Positions 1 through 8,329 of a DNA stretch of 32,000 nucleotides are shown piece by piece (within the stretch, counting starts at the first letter, position 1; every line of letters begins with the position of its first letter). Both the position numbers and the translations under genes were made by a program. Where the stretch lies: positions 1-32,000 of the forward strand of contig JAMFTA010000199.1 of assembly GCA_026225565.1 (NCBI GenBank), read 5' to 3'. The notes beneath the pieces were generated by a model. The model did not search any database. It was not told the DNA's origin and saw only the letters and a list, made by a program, of their open reading frames with translations. The stretch is from Caulobacter sp. GTDB lineage: Bacteria; Pseudomonadota; Alphaproteobacteria; Caulobacterales; Caulobacteraceae.

Positions 1-1
1 G

Positions 2-991
<990 letters not shown>

Positions 992-1022
992 CGCCAACCG
1001 CCTCCCGGAACCAGTGAACGTC

Positions 1023-1049
1023 GGCGGAGGCTATTGCCAAGCCTCCGCC
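1023..1049 (+). terminator. perfect 10-bp stem hairpin downstream of argG (no U-tract)
   Basis: GGCGGAGGCT-attgcca-AGCCTCCGCC lies 32 nt after the argG stop. No T-run follows, so this is at best a non-canonical terminator. It overlaps the 1034 start in the track, which argues for the later start of the next gene. Confidence 0.35.
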
Positions 1050-1108
1050 ATCCCCTACCATCGCTGAAAATGCGGCGCCGGTGCGCGCCGATGGGGGAGA
1101 GACTCGCC

Positions 1109-1513
1109 ATGACTGCGTTGGTCGCCATCGTCACCGTTTTGGTGCTGCTGTTTTATTTCTGGACCTGTGTCGGGGTCGGCAAGGCGCGTAGGACCTATGA
1201 GGTCGCCGCCCCCACCATGACCGGACCGCCGGAGTTTGAGCGGGCAGTGCGGGTGCAGGCCAACACCCTGGAATGGTTGGTCATCTTCCTGCCGGCCATG
1301 TGGCTGTTCGCCGCCTATGTGCTGCCGATCGGCGCGGCGCTCTTGGGCCTGGCCTGGATCGGTGGGCGCTACATCTACATGCAGGCCTATATAAAAGAGC
1401 CCAAAAGCCGCAGCACCGGCTTCGCCATCCAGGGCCTGGCCACCGCCGTCGCCCTGTTCGGCGGTCTGATCGGCGCGGTGGTCAGCCTGTTCACTGGCGG
1501 CGGCGGATCGTAA
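1109..1513 (+). CDS. MAPEG-family membrane protein (glutathione S-transferase-like)
   Basis: The product is ~134 aa with several hydrophobic helices and resembles bacterial MAPEG proteins (RVQANTLEW...GRYIYMQAY). I chose ATG 1109 because GGGGAGAG lies ~9 nt upstream. The track start at 1034 sits inside the argG hairpin. Confidence 0.75.
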   Translation: MTALVAIVTVLVLLFYFWTCVGVGKARRTYEVAAPTMTGPPEFERAVRVQANTLEWLVIFLPAMWLFAAYVLPIGAALLGLAWIGGRYIYMQAYIKEPKSRSTGFAIQGLATAVALFGGLIGAVVSLFTGGGGS

Positions 1514-1532
1514 CGGCCTGTCTGCGTCACCC

Positions 1533-2162
1533 ATGCCGTTCCCTGTCGATCCGCAGAAGTACCTGCTGTTTCTTGGCGTGCTGGCGGTGCTCGCCTGGGC
1601 GCCGGGGCCGGCCAACCTATTCTCCGTCGCCAATGGGGCGCAGCGGGGCCGCAAGGCCGCGCTGATGGGGATGCTGGGCATGAACACAGGCTCGCTCTGC
1701 TGGTTCGCGGCGGCGGCGTTGGGGCTGGGCGCCCTGGTGGCGGCCTTTCCGCTTGTGTTCAAGGCGCTGACCGTCTTGGGCGCGCTCTATGTGGCGTGGC
1801 TGGGGGCCAAGTCACTTTGGTCGGCCTGGCGCGACCGCAGCGAAGCCCCCCACGGCCACATCAAGCTTGGGCGTTCGGCCTTTTATGACGGGCTGATGGT
1901 GCAGATCACCAATCCCAAGGCGCTCTTGTTCTTCACCGCCGTCCTGCCGCCGTTCATCGACGTGCGCCGTCCCCTGTTGGCGCAGCTGAGCGCCTTCGCC
2001 GCCGGCGTGATCGCCATGGACGGCGTCAGCATGTCCGCCTATGGCCTGGGGGGCGCGGCCCTCTCGGCCAGGATGACGGAGCCTCGCTTTCGGCGCGGCT
2101 TCTCGATGTTCGTCGGTTGCATTCTATTGCTGGCAGCGGGTCTGATCGCCAGCCGGGCCTAG
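1533..2162 (+). CDS. LysE/RhtB-family amino-acid exporter
   Basis: The 209-aa polytopic protein has an N-terminus (YLLFLGVLAVLAWAPGPANLF) and an ITNPKALLFF motif that are typical of LysE/RhtB translocators. Confidence 0.85.
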   Translation: MPFPVDPQKYLLFLGVLAVLAWAPGPANLFSVANGAQRGRKAALMGMLGMNTGSLCWFAAAALGLGALVAAFPLVFKALTVLGALYVAWLGAKSLWSAWRDRSEAPHGHIKLGRSAFYDGLMVQITNPKALLFFTAVLPPFIDVRRPLLAQLSAFAAGVIAMDGVSMSAYGLGGAALSARMTEPRFRRGFSMFVGCILLLAAGLIASRA

Positions 2163-2244
2163 GATGCAACATCCCTGAAACCTATCGTCGGAATTTTCGC
2201 TTAATCCCATAATAGAGATATCTGGACCTAGGGAGACTGCCGTC

Positions 2245-2808
2245 ATGAAGCGCTCGTTACTCGCTGTTCTGCTCGTTTCGGGCGCCATGCTCGCCGGGTG
2301 CGAGACGGCTACGCCCTACCAGCCCCTCGGCGGCCCCGGGACCCAGGCCTCTGGCGGCTATTTCGACCACCAGATCGAGGCTAACCGCTGGCAGGTGGGA
2401 TTCAAGGGCAACGACCTGACCGCGCGCGAGACGGTGGAGCGCTATCTGCTCTATCGCTCGGCCGAACTGGCAGTCAGCCAGGGCTATGATTGGTTCGAAG
2501 CGGTGGATCGCCACACCGACAAGAAGACCGACACCTACGCCACTGGCGTCGATCCCTATTACGCCGGCTTTGGCGGCGCCTGGGGCCCGCGCTGGGGTCT
2601 CTATCGGCGTGGCCTAGGCTGGCGCTATGGCTACTGGGGCGACCCCTTCTGGGGTCCGGGTCCGGTGGACTACAATCAGGTGAACCAGTTCCAGGCGACG
2701 GCCGAGGTGATCTTCGGCCACGGGCAAAAGCCCGCCGACCGCCAAGCCTTCGACGCTCACTCGGTGCTGGAGCACCTTGCGGGCGCGGTGCAAAGGCCCA
2801 AGGGATAG
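2245..2808 (+). CDS. conserved lipoprotein (resembles CC0125/CC1285-family lipoproteins of Caulobacter)
   Basis: It has a signal peptide with a lipobox (MKRSLLAVLLVSGAMLAGC), GGGAGA upstream, and a Trp/Gly/Tyr-rich C-terminal half. The family assignment is from memory only. Confidence 0.75.
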   Translation: MKRSLLAVLLVSGAMLAGCETATPYQPLGGPGTQASGGYFDHQIEANRWQVGFKGNDLTARETVERYLLYRSAELAVSQGYDWFEAVDRHTDKKTDTYATGVDPYYAGFGGAWGPRWGLYRRGLGWRYGYWGDPFWGPGPVDYNQVNQFQATAEVIFGHGQKPADRQAFDAHSVLEHLAGAVQRPKG

Positions 2809-2826
2809 CGCTCGCTTCCCGCGTCA

Positions 2827-2847
2827 CCCTCGGCCTAGTGCCGAGGG
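2827..2847. terminator. 8-bp stem hairpin between convergent genes
   Basis: CCCTCGGC-ctagt-GCCGAGGG lies between the lipoprotein stop (2808) and the creatininase-family stop (2884). There is no U-tract on either strand. Confidence 0.3.
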
Positions 2848-2883
2848 CCCATAGGCGCCGGAGCTCAAATCCGCACTCGACGC

Positions 2884-3639
2884 TTAATCCGCCCCGTGAA
2901 TCGCTTCCGCCGCGAATGCCCGCACGTCGCCGATCAACGCCTCCCCCGCCAGGCGCACGATCTGCCCGCCCTTTTCCGGAGTGGCCTGGCCGGGGTCCGA
3001 ACCCATGCGGCCGTCGGCGTAGCGGGCGCGGAAGTCGGCGGCCTCGCGGATCGGCCCGGTTGGGGCGATGCGGGGAGCGTAGTTGGCCGACTTGATGGCG
3101 TCTGGATAGGCGAACTGGGTGATGGCGATCTCCGACGGCGTGGCATGGCTGCCGTGCCCTTCGGGAAACAGGCGGTTGCAGAGCGCCATGACGCCGGGCA
3201 GATCCCACCAGTTCTTCAGCTTCAGGGCATAGCCCCGCGCCTCCCGCCGCCAACTGGCTTCGGAATAGATCTCCGAGAAGGCCGCCTCGATGGTGGCGAC
3301 ATTGCCGCCGTGGCCGTTGAGGAAATAAATCTTCTCAAAGCCGTGGGCGGCGAGGGACACCGTCCAGTCGCGCATGGCGGCGATCATGGTCGAGGGGCGA
3401 AGCGAGATCGATCCCGGAAACCCTAGGTGATGCTGGGCCATGCCGACATTGAAGGTGGGGGCGATCAGCAAATCCCCCTCGCCATGGGCGTGGTGGGCGA
3501 TGATCTCTGGGCAGAGCCAGTCGGTGCCTAAGAGCCCCGTCGGCCCGTGCTGCTCGTTGGATCCGATAGGCACCACCACGGTCTTGGAGCGCTCAAGATA
3601 GCCTTCGATTTCCGGCCAGGTGGAGAGGGCGAGCAGCAT
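2884..3639 (-). CDS. creatininase-family metal-dependent amidohydrolase
   Basis: The translation from ATG 3639 (MLLALSTWPEIEGY...) has the family motifs PIGSNEQHGP and LNGHGGN. The track ORF extends to 3825, but that extension overlaps bfr and is Arg/Pro-rich junk. The start lies 5 nt after the bfr stop. Confidence 0.85.
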   Translation of the reverse strand: MLLALSTWPEIEGYLERSKTVVVPIGSNEQHGPTGLLGTDWLCPEIIAHHAHGEGDLLIAPTFNVGMAQHHLGFPGSISLRPSTMIAAMRDWTVSLAAHGFEKIYFLNGHGGNVATIEAAFSEIYSEASWRREARGYALKLKNWWDLPGVMALCNRLFPEGHGSHATPSEIAITQFAYPDAIKSANYAPRIAPTGPIREAADFRARYADGRMGSDPGQATPEKGGQIVRLAGEALIGDVRAFAAEAIHGAD

Positions 3640-3644
3640 GACCT

Positions 3645-4145
3645 TTACCCCGTCGCCCCGCCGCCGTTGTTCTCCAGCTCGCCGATAGCGGTCTGCAGGT
3701 AGTTCTGAATTCCGATGGCGGCGATCAGGCCGATCTGGGTCTCCAGGAAGTCGATGTGCTCCTCGGTGTCGGAAAGGATGTCGGTGAGGATTTCCCGGCT
3801 GACGTAATCTTCCGCCTGCTCGCACTGGCGGATGCCGTCGACCAGGGTGACCCGGCCGCCGAGCTCCAAGGCCAGGTCCGCGTCCATGCCCTCGGGCACG
3901 GTCTCGCCGATGCGCAGCTTATTCAGGTCCTGCAGATTGGGCAGGCCGTCCAGAAAGAGGATGCGTTTGATCAGCTTGTCGGCGTGCTTCATCTCGCCGA
4001 TGGATTCGTCGTAGGTGATCTTGTAGAGCCGGGCGTAGCCCCAGTTTTCGTACATGCGCGCGTGCAAGAAGTACTGGTTGACCGCCGTCAGCTCGTTGGT
4101 CAGCACGGAATTCAGAAGGCGGATAATCGCCGGATCGCCACGCAT
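3645..4145 (-). CDS. bfr: bacterioferritin
   Basis: The product aligns by eye with E. coli Bfr along its whole length ([15 protein letters not shown], the haem-ligand Met in [20 protein letters not shown]). Confidence 0.96.
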   Translation of the reverse strand: MRGDPAIIRLLNSVLTNELTAVNQYFLHARMYENWGYARLYKITYDESIGEMKHADKLIKRILFLDGLPNLQDLNKLRIGETVPEGMDADLALELGGRVTLVDGIRQCEQAEDYVSREILTDILSDTEEHIDFLETQIGLIAAIGIQNYLQTAIGELENNGGGATG

Positions 4146-4183
4146 GGCCGTAACCTTTCGCCAGTCAGGCCCCGGAACGGAGC

Positions 4184-4369
4184 CTATTCAGCGGCGTGAC
4201 GCAGGGCCTCGGTTCGGCACTGGATCATGCGCCGCATGTCGCAGACGCATTTCGCGCATTGGGGGCGGCTCTGGCAATGGCGGAATATGTCGGCGGGCCG
4301 ATTGGCGCCGGCCTCAATAGCCGCATGGGCGTCGCGTTCGCGGATGCCGTTACAGTTACAGACGTACAT
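4184..4369 (-). CDS. bfd: bacterioferritin-associated ferredoxin (BFD-like [2Fe-2S] protein)
   Basis: MYVCNCNGIRERD...CQSRPQCAKCVCD gives the C-x-C...C-x2-C pattern of Bfd. It lies immediately upstream of bfr on the same strand. I prefer ATG 4369 over the 4387 start in the track. Confidence 0.85.
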   Translation of the reverse strand: MYVCNCNGIRERDAHAAIEAGANRPADIFRHCQSRPQCAKCVCDMRRMIQCRTEALRHAAE

Positions 4370-4425
4370 GGGCGAGGGACGCTCCACAGGTTTCGCCCCT
4401 CTGATTTAGCACATGCGAACGCCGT

Positions 4426-4440
4426 TGCAACTCATTCGCA
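4426..4440. promoter_or_regulatory. imperfect 7-1-7 palindrome, candidate iron-responsive (Fur/Mur-like) operator
   Basis: TGCAACT-C-ATTCGCA sits in the 122-bp divergent bfd/thiE intergenic region, and 5 of 7 positions are symmetric. Its likeness to TGCAA...TTGCA-type alphaproteobacterial iron boxes is from memory. Confidence 0.2.
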
Positions 4441-4491
4441 GATATTTTCGCGGGACATTTGCGCGCAGGGTCATGCGGGGTAGTAAGGCGC

Positions 4492-5166
4492 ATGTATCAC
4501 GCCCACTGCCGCCTCTATCTGATCACCCCGCCGCGCCTGGACGATCTTCCTGCGTTCGCGCGGAGCCTCGATGACGCCTTGGGCGCCGGCGACGTGGCGG
4601 CGCTGCAAATCCGGCTGAAGGATGTGGGGGACGAAAAGATCGAAGCGGCGGTGGCTGTGCTGGCGCCCATCGCGCAAAAGCACGGCGTGGCGGTGATCCT
4701 GAACGATCGACCGGACCTCGCCGCGCGTCTCGGCTGCGACGGGGTGCACGTGGGCCAGGAGGATACGCCGCTCGCGGAGGCGCGGCGGTTGATGGGCAAG
4801 GGCGCCATGATCGGGGTCACCTGCCACGATAGCCGCCACCTGGCCATGGAGGCGGCCGAGGCAGGGGCGGACTATGTGGCCTTCGGCGCCTTCTTCGACA
4901 CGGCGACCAAGGTGGCGGAGACCCGCGCCGATGTGGAGGTCCTCTCCATCTGGCAGGAGGTGATGGAGGCGCCCTGCGTCGCCATCGGCGGGATCACAGT
5001 GGAAAACTGCCGCCCCCTGGTCGAGGCGGGCGCGGACTTCATCGCCGTCTCCGCCGGGGTCTGGGGCCACCCGCAAGGGCCGCCGGCCGCCGTCGCCGCC
5101 TTCAACGCCGAGATCGCCGAGGGGCTGAAGGTGCGCGACGCCTACTACGCCTCCATCGCGCCGTAA
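4492..5166 (+). CDS. thiE: thiamine-phosphate synthase
   Basis: [14 protein letters not shown]..., [15 protein letters not shown] and AIGGIT are typical of ThiE. I prefer ATG 4492 over the 4459 start in the track. Confidence 0.9.
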   Translation: MYHAHCRLYLITPPRLDDLPAFARSLDDALGAGDVAALQIRLKDVGDEKIEAAVAVLAPIAQKHGVAVILNDRPDLAARLGCDGVHVGQEDTPLAEARRLMGKGAMIGVTCHDSRHLAMEAAEAGADYVAFGAFFDTATKVAETRADVEVLSIWQEVMEAPCVAIGGITVENCRPLVEAGADFIAVSAGVWGHPQGPPAAVAAFNAEIAEGLKVRDAYYASIAP

Positions 5167-5283
5167 CCTGGAAATGGATCACCGCCTTCGAGCCCGATGG
5201 GGTCGCGATGGGCGGCGGCGGCGCCATCCTCGAGGCGAGCCCTGCTCGGCCCGCGCCGGCGGCTAACATAGCCCCACATGGAG

Positions 5284-5314
5284 CGCCCCTGGCCTTCCGG
5301 CTGGGGCGTTTTTT
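5284..5314 (+). terminator. Rho-independent terminator
   Basis: A GC-rich interrupted stem (CGCCCCtGGCC-ttcc-GGCtGGGGCG) is followed by T6. It lies ~118 nt after the thiE stop. Confidence 0.7.
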
Positions 5315-5342
5315 GCCGTTTAGGCTGCGACGTCTGGATAAT
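5313..5342 (+). promoter_or_regulatory. candidate sigma70-type promoter for the small ORF
   Basis: TTGCCG-N18-GATAAT lies in the AT-richer stretch, ~70 nt upstream of ATG 5414. Confidence 0.3.
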
Positions 5343-5413
5343 GCAACTATTTCGCCTATCGGCCATAGCTTTGCAATGAAATCGGAGTACTGCTCATTTT
5401 GGAGGAATAGTTA

Positions 5414-5656
5414 ATGGAAAGTAAATTTCCGTATGCTGCGAGCTCGGGAAGCGCGTATTTCGACGAACTCTTCAATTATTTGAATTCGGTTTCCCAGCGA
5501 ATGCCCCTTGAAGAGCAATCGGAGATATCCGAAGCGATGCTCAACCTTGCTAAGATCAGGGCGAACAGGTGGCGAACCAACTTGCCTCCAGAAGGCGTGA
5601 CAATCAGCCCTGACGCTTATCGGTCCTCGTTAATCCACCCAGCTGCGTCGCTCTAG
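5414..5656 (+). CDS. hypothetical 80-aa protein in a low-GC islet
   Basis: GGAGGA lies 8 nt upstream of the ATG. GC content and codon choice are clearly lower and atypical compared with the flanking genes. I recognise no family. Confidence 0.45.
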   Translation: MESKFPYAASSGSAYFDELFNYLNSVSQRMPLEEQSEISEAMLNLAKIRANRWRTNLPPEGVTISPDAYRSSLIHPAASL

Positions 5657-6056
5657 AACCGCTATGACGAGCTTTAGAGCGTCGCGTCGCTCGACGTCGG
5701 TCGCACACGCCAGCGCGCCTCTGCATGTCTGCGCGGCGCGTTCACCGAACCGCACATGAAGCCGTAGGGCGGCGGCCTCGATCTGACTGCTCGTGCTCTT
5801 CATAGGCTCCGTACCCGTTACTGCGTTGGGCGGTTTTGTGGTCTCAGGCGGCTATGTCGGCAACGGGGCATAAGGCCGCGCATTCCCATTGTCCGCGTGA
5901 ATGGTTAACAACCATACCGTGTTTCTAGCGTGGACTGGGCGCGTTCACCGCCGCCGCCCGCCGCCCGCCAGAGCTTGGCCGCGCCTTGCGTCGCCGCAGC
6001 CCCGCCGCTAGGGTCCGCCGCCAAATTCCCCGCATTTTCAGACCGTTCAGAACCCT

Positions 6057-6626
6057 ATGCCCAAGATCAGCTCCACCGCCATCAAGCCCGGCACCGTGAT
6101 CGAGCACCAGGGGAGCCTGTGGGTGGCGGTGAAGAGCACCCACGTGAAGCCCGGCAAGGGCGGCGCCTTCGCCCAGGTCGAGCTGAAGAATTTGATCGAC
6201 GGCCGCAAGCTGAACGAGCGCTGGCGCTCGGAAGACAAGGTCGAGCAGATCTCGCTCGATCAGAAGACCTTCTCCTTCCTCTATGAGCAGGGCGACGCCC
6301 TGGTGTTCATGGACGGCGCCACCTATGAGCAGATCGAGCTGCAAAAGGACTTCGTGGGCGAGGATCAGGTCCGCTTCCTGCAGGACGGCATGAATGTGCA
6401 GATCCAGCTGCACGAGGACCGCCCGATCGGCATCCGGCTGCCCGACACCGTGGTCTTGGAGATCGTCGAGGCCGATGCGGTGGTGAAGAACCAGACCGCC
6501 TCCTCTTCCTATAAGCCGGCCAAGGCGTCCAACGGTATGCGCATCCTGATCCCGCCCTATATGGAAGCGGGCGAACGGGTTCTGGTCTCCACCGAAACCG
6601 GCGAATATATGCGCCGGGCGGACTGA
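6057..6626 (+). CDS. efp: translation elongation factor P (Lys34-type loop)
   Basis: The 189-aa product aligns with EF-P throughout. The loop is [18 protein letters not shown], and the tip lysine is codon AAG at 6156-6158. Confidence 0.97.
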   Translation: MPKISSTAIKPGTVIEHQGSLWVAVKSTHVKPGKGGAFAQVELKNLIDGRKLNERWRSEDKVEQISLDQKTFSFLYEQGDALVFMDGATYEQIELQKDFVGEDQVRFLQDGMNVQIQLHEDRPIGIRLPDTVVLEIVEADAVVKNQTASSSYKPAKASNGMRILIPPYMEAGERVLVSTETGEYMRRAD

Positions 6627-6628
6627 GC

Positions 6629-8329
6629 TCAGCGCCCTATTAACGGGGCGGGCGGCGCGGTTTGGCCGGCGCCGTAGAGTGTGAGGGTCAGGGTCTTGCC
6701 GTCGGCATAGTCGCGCCCGGTCACCTGGCCGAGGGGCCGCACGGGGCGGCTGAGGGCGGCGGCGCGGGCCAGGAAGGCCGGCGCCTGCTTTTGCCCGACC
6801 AGCGCGACGTCGCAGGCGCTCGTCATGGTCTCGGCGGCCTTGGCCGGGGTGTCGGCCAGCAAGGTGGTTGCGGGGCCATGCAGGAAGACCAGGCTCGGCT
6901 CATGATAGGGGGTGCTGATCAGCCGCTCGGTTGGGCAGGGCTTGACCGCTTGGGCGAGACGCTCGATGCGCGGGCTCATCCAGAAGGTCTGCAGCTGGGG
7001 CGCCGCCACCTGATAGATGTCGAGGCTGGTGAAGACGGCGGCGCCGGCCACCGCCGCAACCGCCCACTCGGGCTTGCGGCTCATCATGCTCCAGATCAAG
7101 GCCGCGACGCAGGCGAGGGCCGGGAGGCTGAGCGCCACCGCCAGGGGATCGATGCGGCCGAGGTAGGCCCAGATCGCCGCCGGGGCGGCGACGCTGAGCC
7201 CCACGCTGACGGCGATCCAAAGGGCGCAGAAGGCTGCGAAAACCCAGCGCAGCCAGGGCCTTACCGGCGCCTTGGGGCTGAACAGGGCCAGCGCGGTGAG
7301 GCAGGCGATGGCCGGGAACAGGGGCAGGACGTAGTGGGGCAGCTTGGTCTTCACCAGCTCGAACACGATCCAGCTGGGGATGATCCAGCAGAGCAGGAAG
7401 CGGATCACCGGCGCCCTGCGCTCGCGCCAGACGAACGGCAGGGCGAGGACGGCCAGGAGCGAGCCCGGCCAGAAGGTGATGGGAAAGCCGATCAGGTGAT
7501 AGCCGAACGGGCCGCCGTGGGCCTGTTGCCCCGCCGCCACCTTGCCCATCAGGCTGTGGCCGATAGCGATGGCGTAGAACTCGCCATGACTGGCGAGCCC
7601 GATGGCCATGTACCATGGGAGGGCGATCGCTAAGGCCAGCGGCAGGCCCCATTGCACCTGCAGGCCCTTCAGCCAGCCTGCCCGGCGGTCGCAGGCGATC
7701 AGGGCCAGGATGGTCAGGCCGACCACCAAAAGGATGATCGGTCCCTTCAGCAAGACGCCCACCCCCAGGGCCGCCCAGAAGGCCGCCGAAACCTGCCAGG
7801 CCGGGCGAGGATAGAGATAGGCGCGCATCAGGGCGAACTGGGCGACCACCACCGAGCTGAGCAGGGCCGCGTCGGTCTTGGCGATCTTGGCCTCGAACCC
7901 CAGGGACAGGCAGGCCCCAAGCAGCACCGCCGCCGCCAGTCCCGCTCGCCGCCCGAACAGGCGCGAGGCCATAAACCCGGTCATCGCCACCGCGCCAACC
8001 GCGCCGAACAACGAGACCAGCCGAAAGGTCCAGATCGCCCGATGGCCCGGCGTGCTGAACAGGGCGGTGGGGATGGACTGCAGCCAATAGACCCCGGCCG
8101 GCTGCAGATAGCGCGGCTGGGCCTGATAGCGAATGTCGATGAAGTTATGGCTGTCCAGCATCTGGCTGGTGGCCACGGCATAGCGGGGCTCGTCCCGGTC
8201 CACCGGCGGCAGGCTGAAAAGGCCCGGCAGCAGCATGGCGAATGCCGCGCACATCAGCAGCAAGAGGTCCCGCACGCTGGCCCGATCGGGCGCGCGGTCC
8301 GGGGCGGCGCCCGCCATCCCCTCGCTCAC
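6629..8329 (-). CDS. ArnT/PMT-type GT-C membrane glycosyltransferase (GT39/GT83-like), copy 1
   Basis: The 566-aa protein is polytopic. Its first-loop motif PPVDRDEPRYAVATSQMLDSHNFIDIRYQAQPRYLQPAGVYW parallels E. coli ArnT (DETRYAEISREML...YFEKPIAGYW). The GTG start overlaps the upstream GT2 stop (GTGA at 8326-8329). Confidence 0.9.
   Translation of the reverse strand: MSEGMAGAAPDRAPDRASVRDLLLLMCAAFAMLLPGLFSLPPVDRDEPRYAVATSQMLDSHNFIDIRYQAQPRYLQPAGVYWLQSIPTALFSTPGHRAIWTFRLVSLFGAVGAVAMTGFMASRLFGRRAGLAAAVLLGACLSLGFEAKIAKTDAALLSSVVVAQFALMRAYLYPRPAWQVSAAFWAALGVGVLLKGPIILLVVGLTILALIACDRRAGWLKGLQVQWGLPLALAIALPWYMAIGLASHGEFYAIAIGHSLMGKVAAGQQAHGGPFGYHLIGFPITFWPGSLLAVLALPFVWRERRAPVIRFLLCWIIPSWIVFELVKTKLPHYVLPLFPAIACLTALALFSPKAPVRPWLRWVFAAFCALWIAVSVGLSVAAPAAIWAYLGRIDPLAVALSLPALACVAALIWSMMSRKPEWAVAAVAGAAVFTSLDIYQVAAPQLQTFWMSPRIERLAQAVKPCPTERLISTPYHEPSLVFLHGPATTLLADTPAKAAETMTSACDVALVGQKQAPAFLARAAALSRPVRPLGQVTGRDYADGKTLTLTLYGAGQTAPPAPLIGR

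Noticed and set aside
4370-4491. I looked for a TPP riboswitch upstream of thiE.
   Set aside because: The spacer is only ~120 nt and is shared with the bfd promoter. I cannot find the conserved CUGAGA and ACCUGAUCUGGAUAAUGCCAGCG-like elements.
5630-5803. A 57-aa minus-strand ORF (MKSTSSQIEAAALRLHVRFGER...) converges on and overlaps the 3' end of the 80-aa orphan ORF. I considered a toxin-antitoxin pair.
   Set aside because: Convergent overlap is not a toxin-antitoxin operon layout. The Shine-Dalgarno spacing is poor (GGAG only 3 nt from the ATG). I see no family resemblance, and the ORF falls below the track threshold.
5735-5950. A 13-bp direct repeat GGCGCGTTCACCG occurs at 5735-5747 and 5938-5950. 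It could be a target-site duplication flanking an insertion. The small palindrome ATGGTT-aac-AACCAT (5901-5915) lies between the copies.
   Set aside because: A rough estimate says a repeat of this length and GC content, this close together, is about as likely as not by chance in this window. Nothing mobile lies between the copies.
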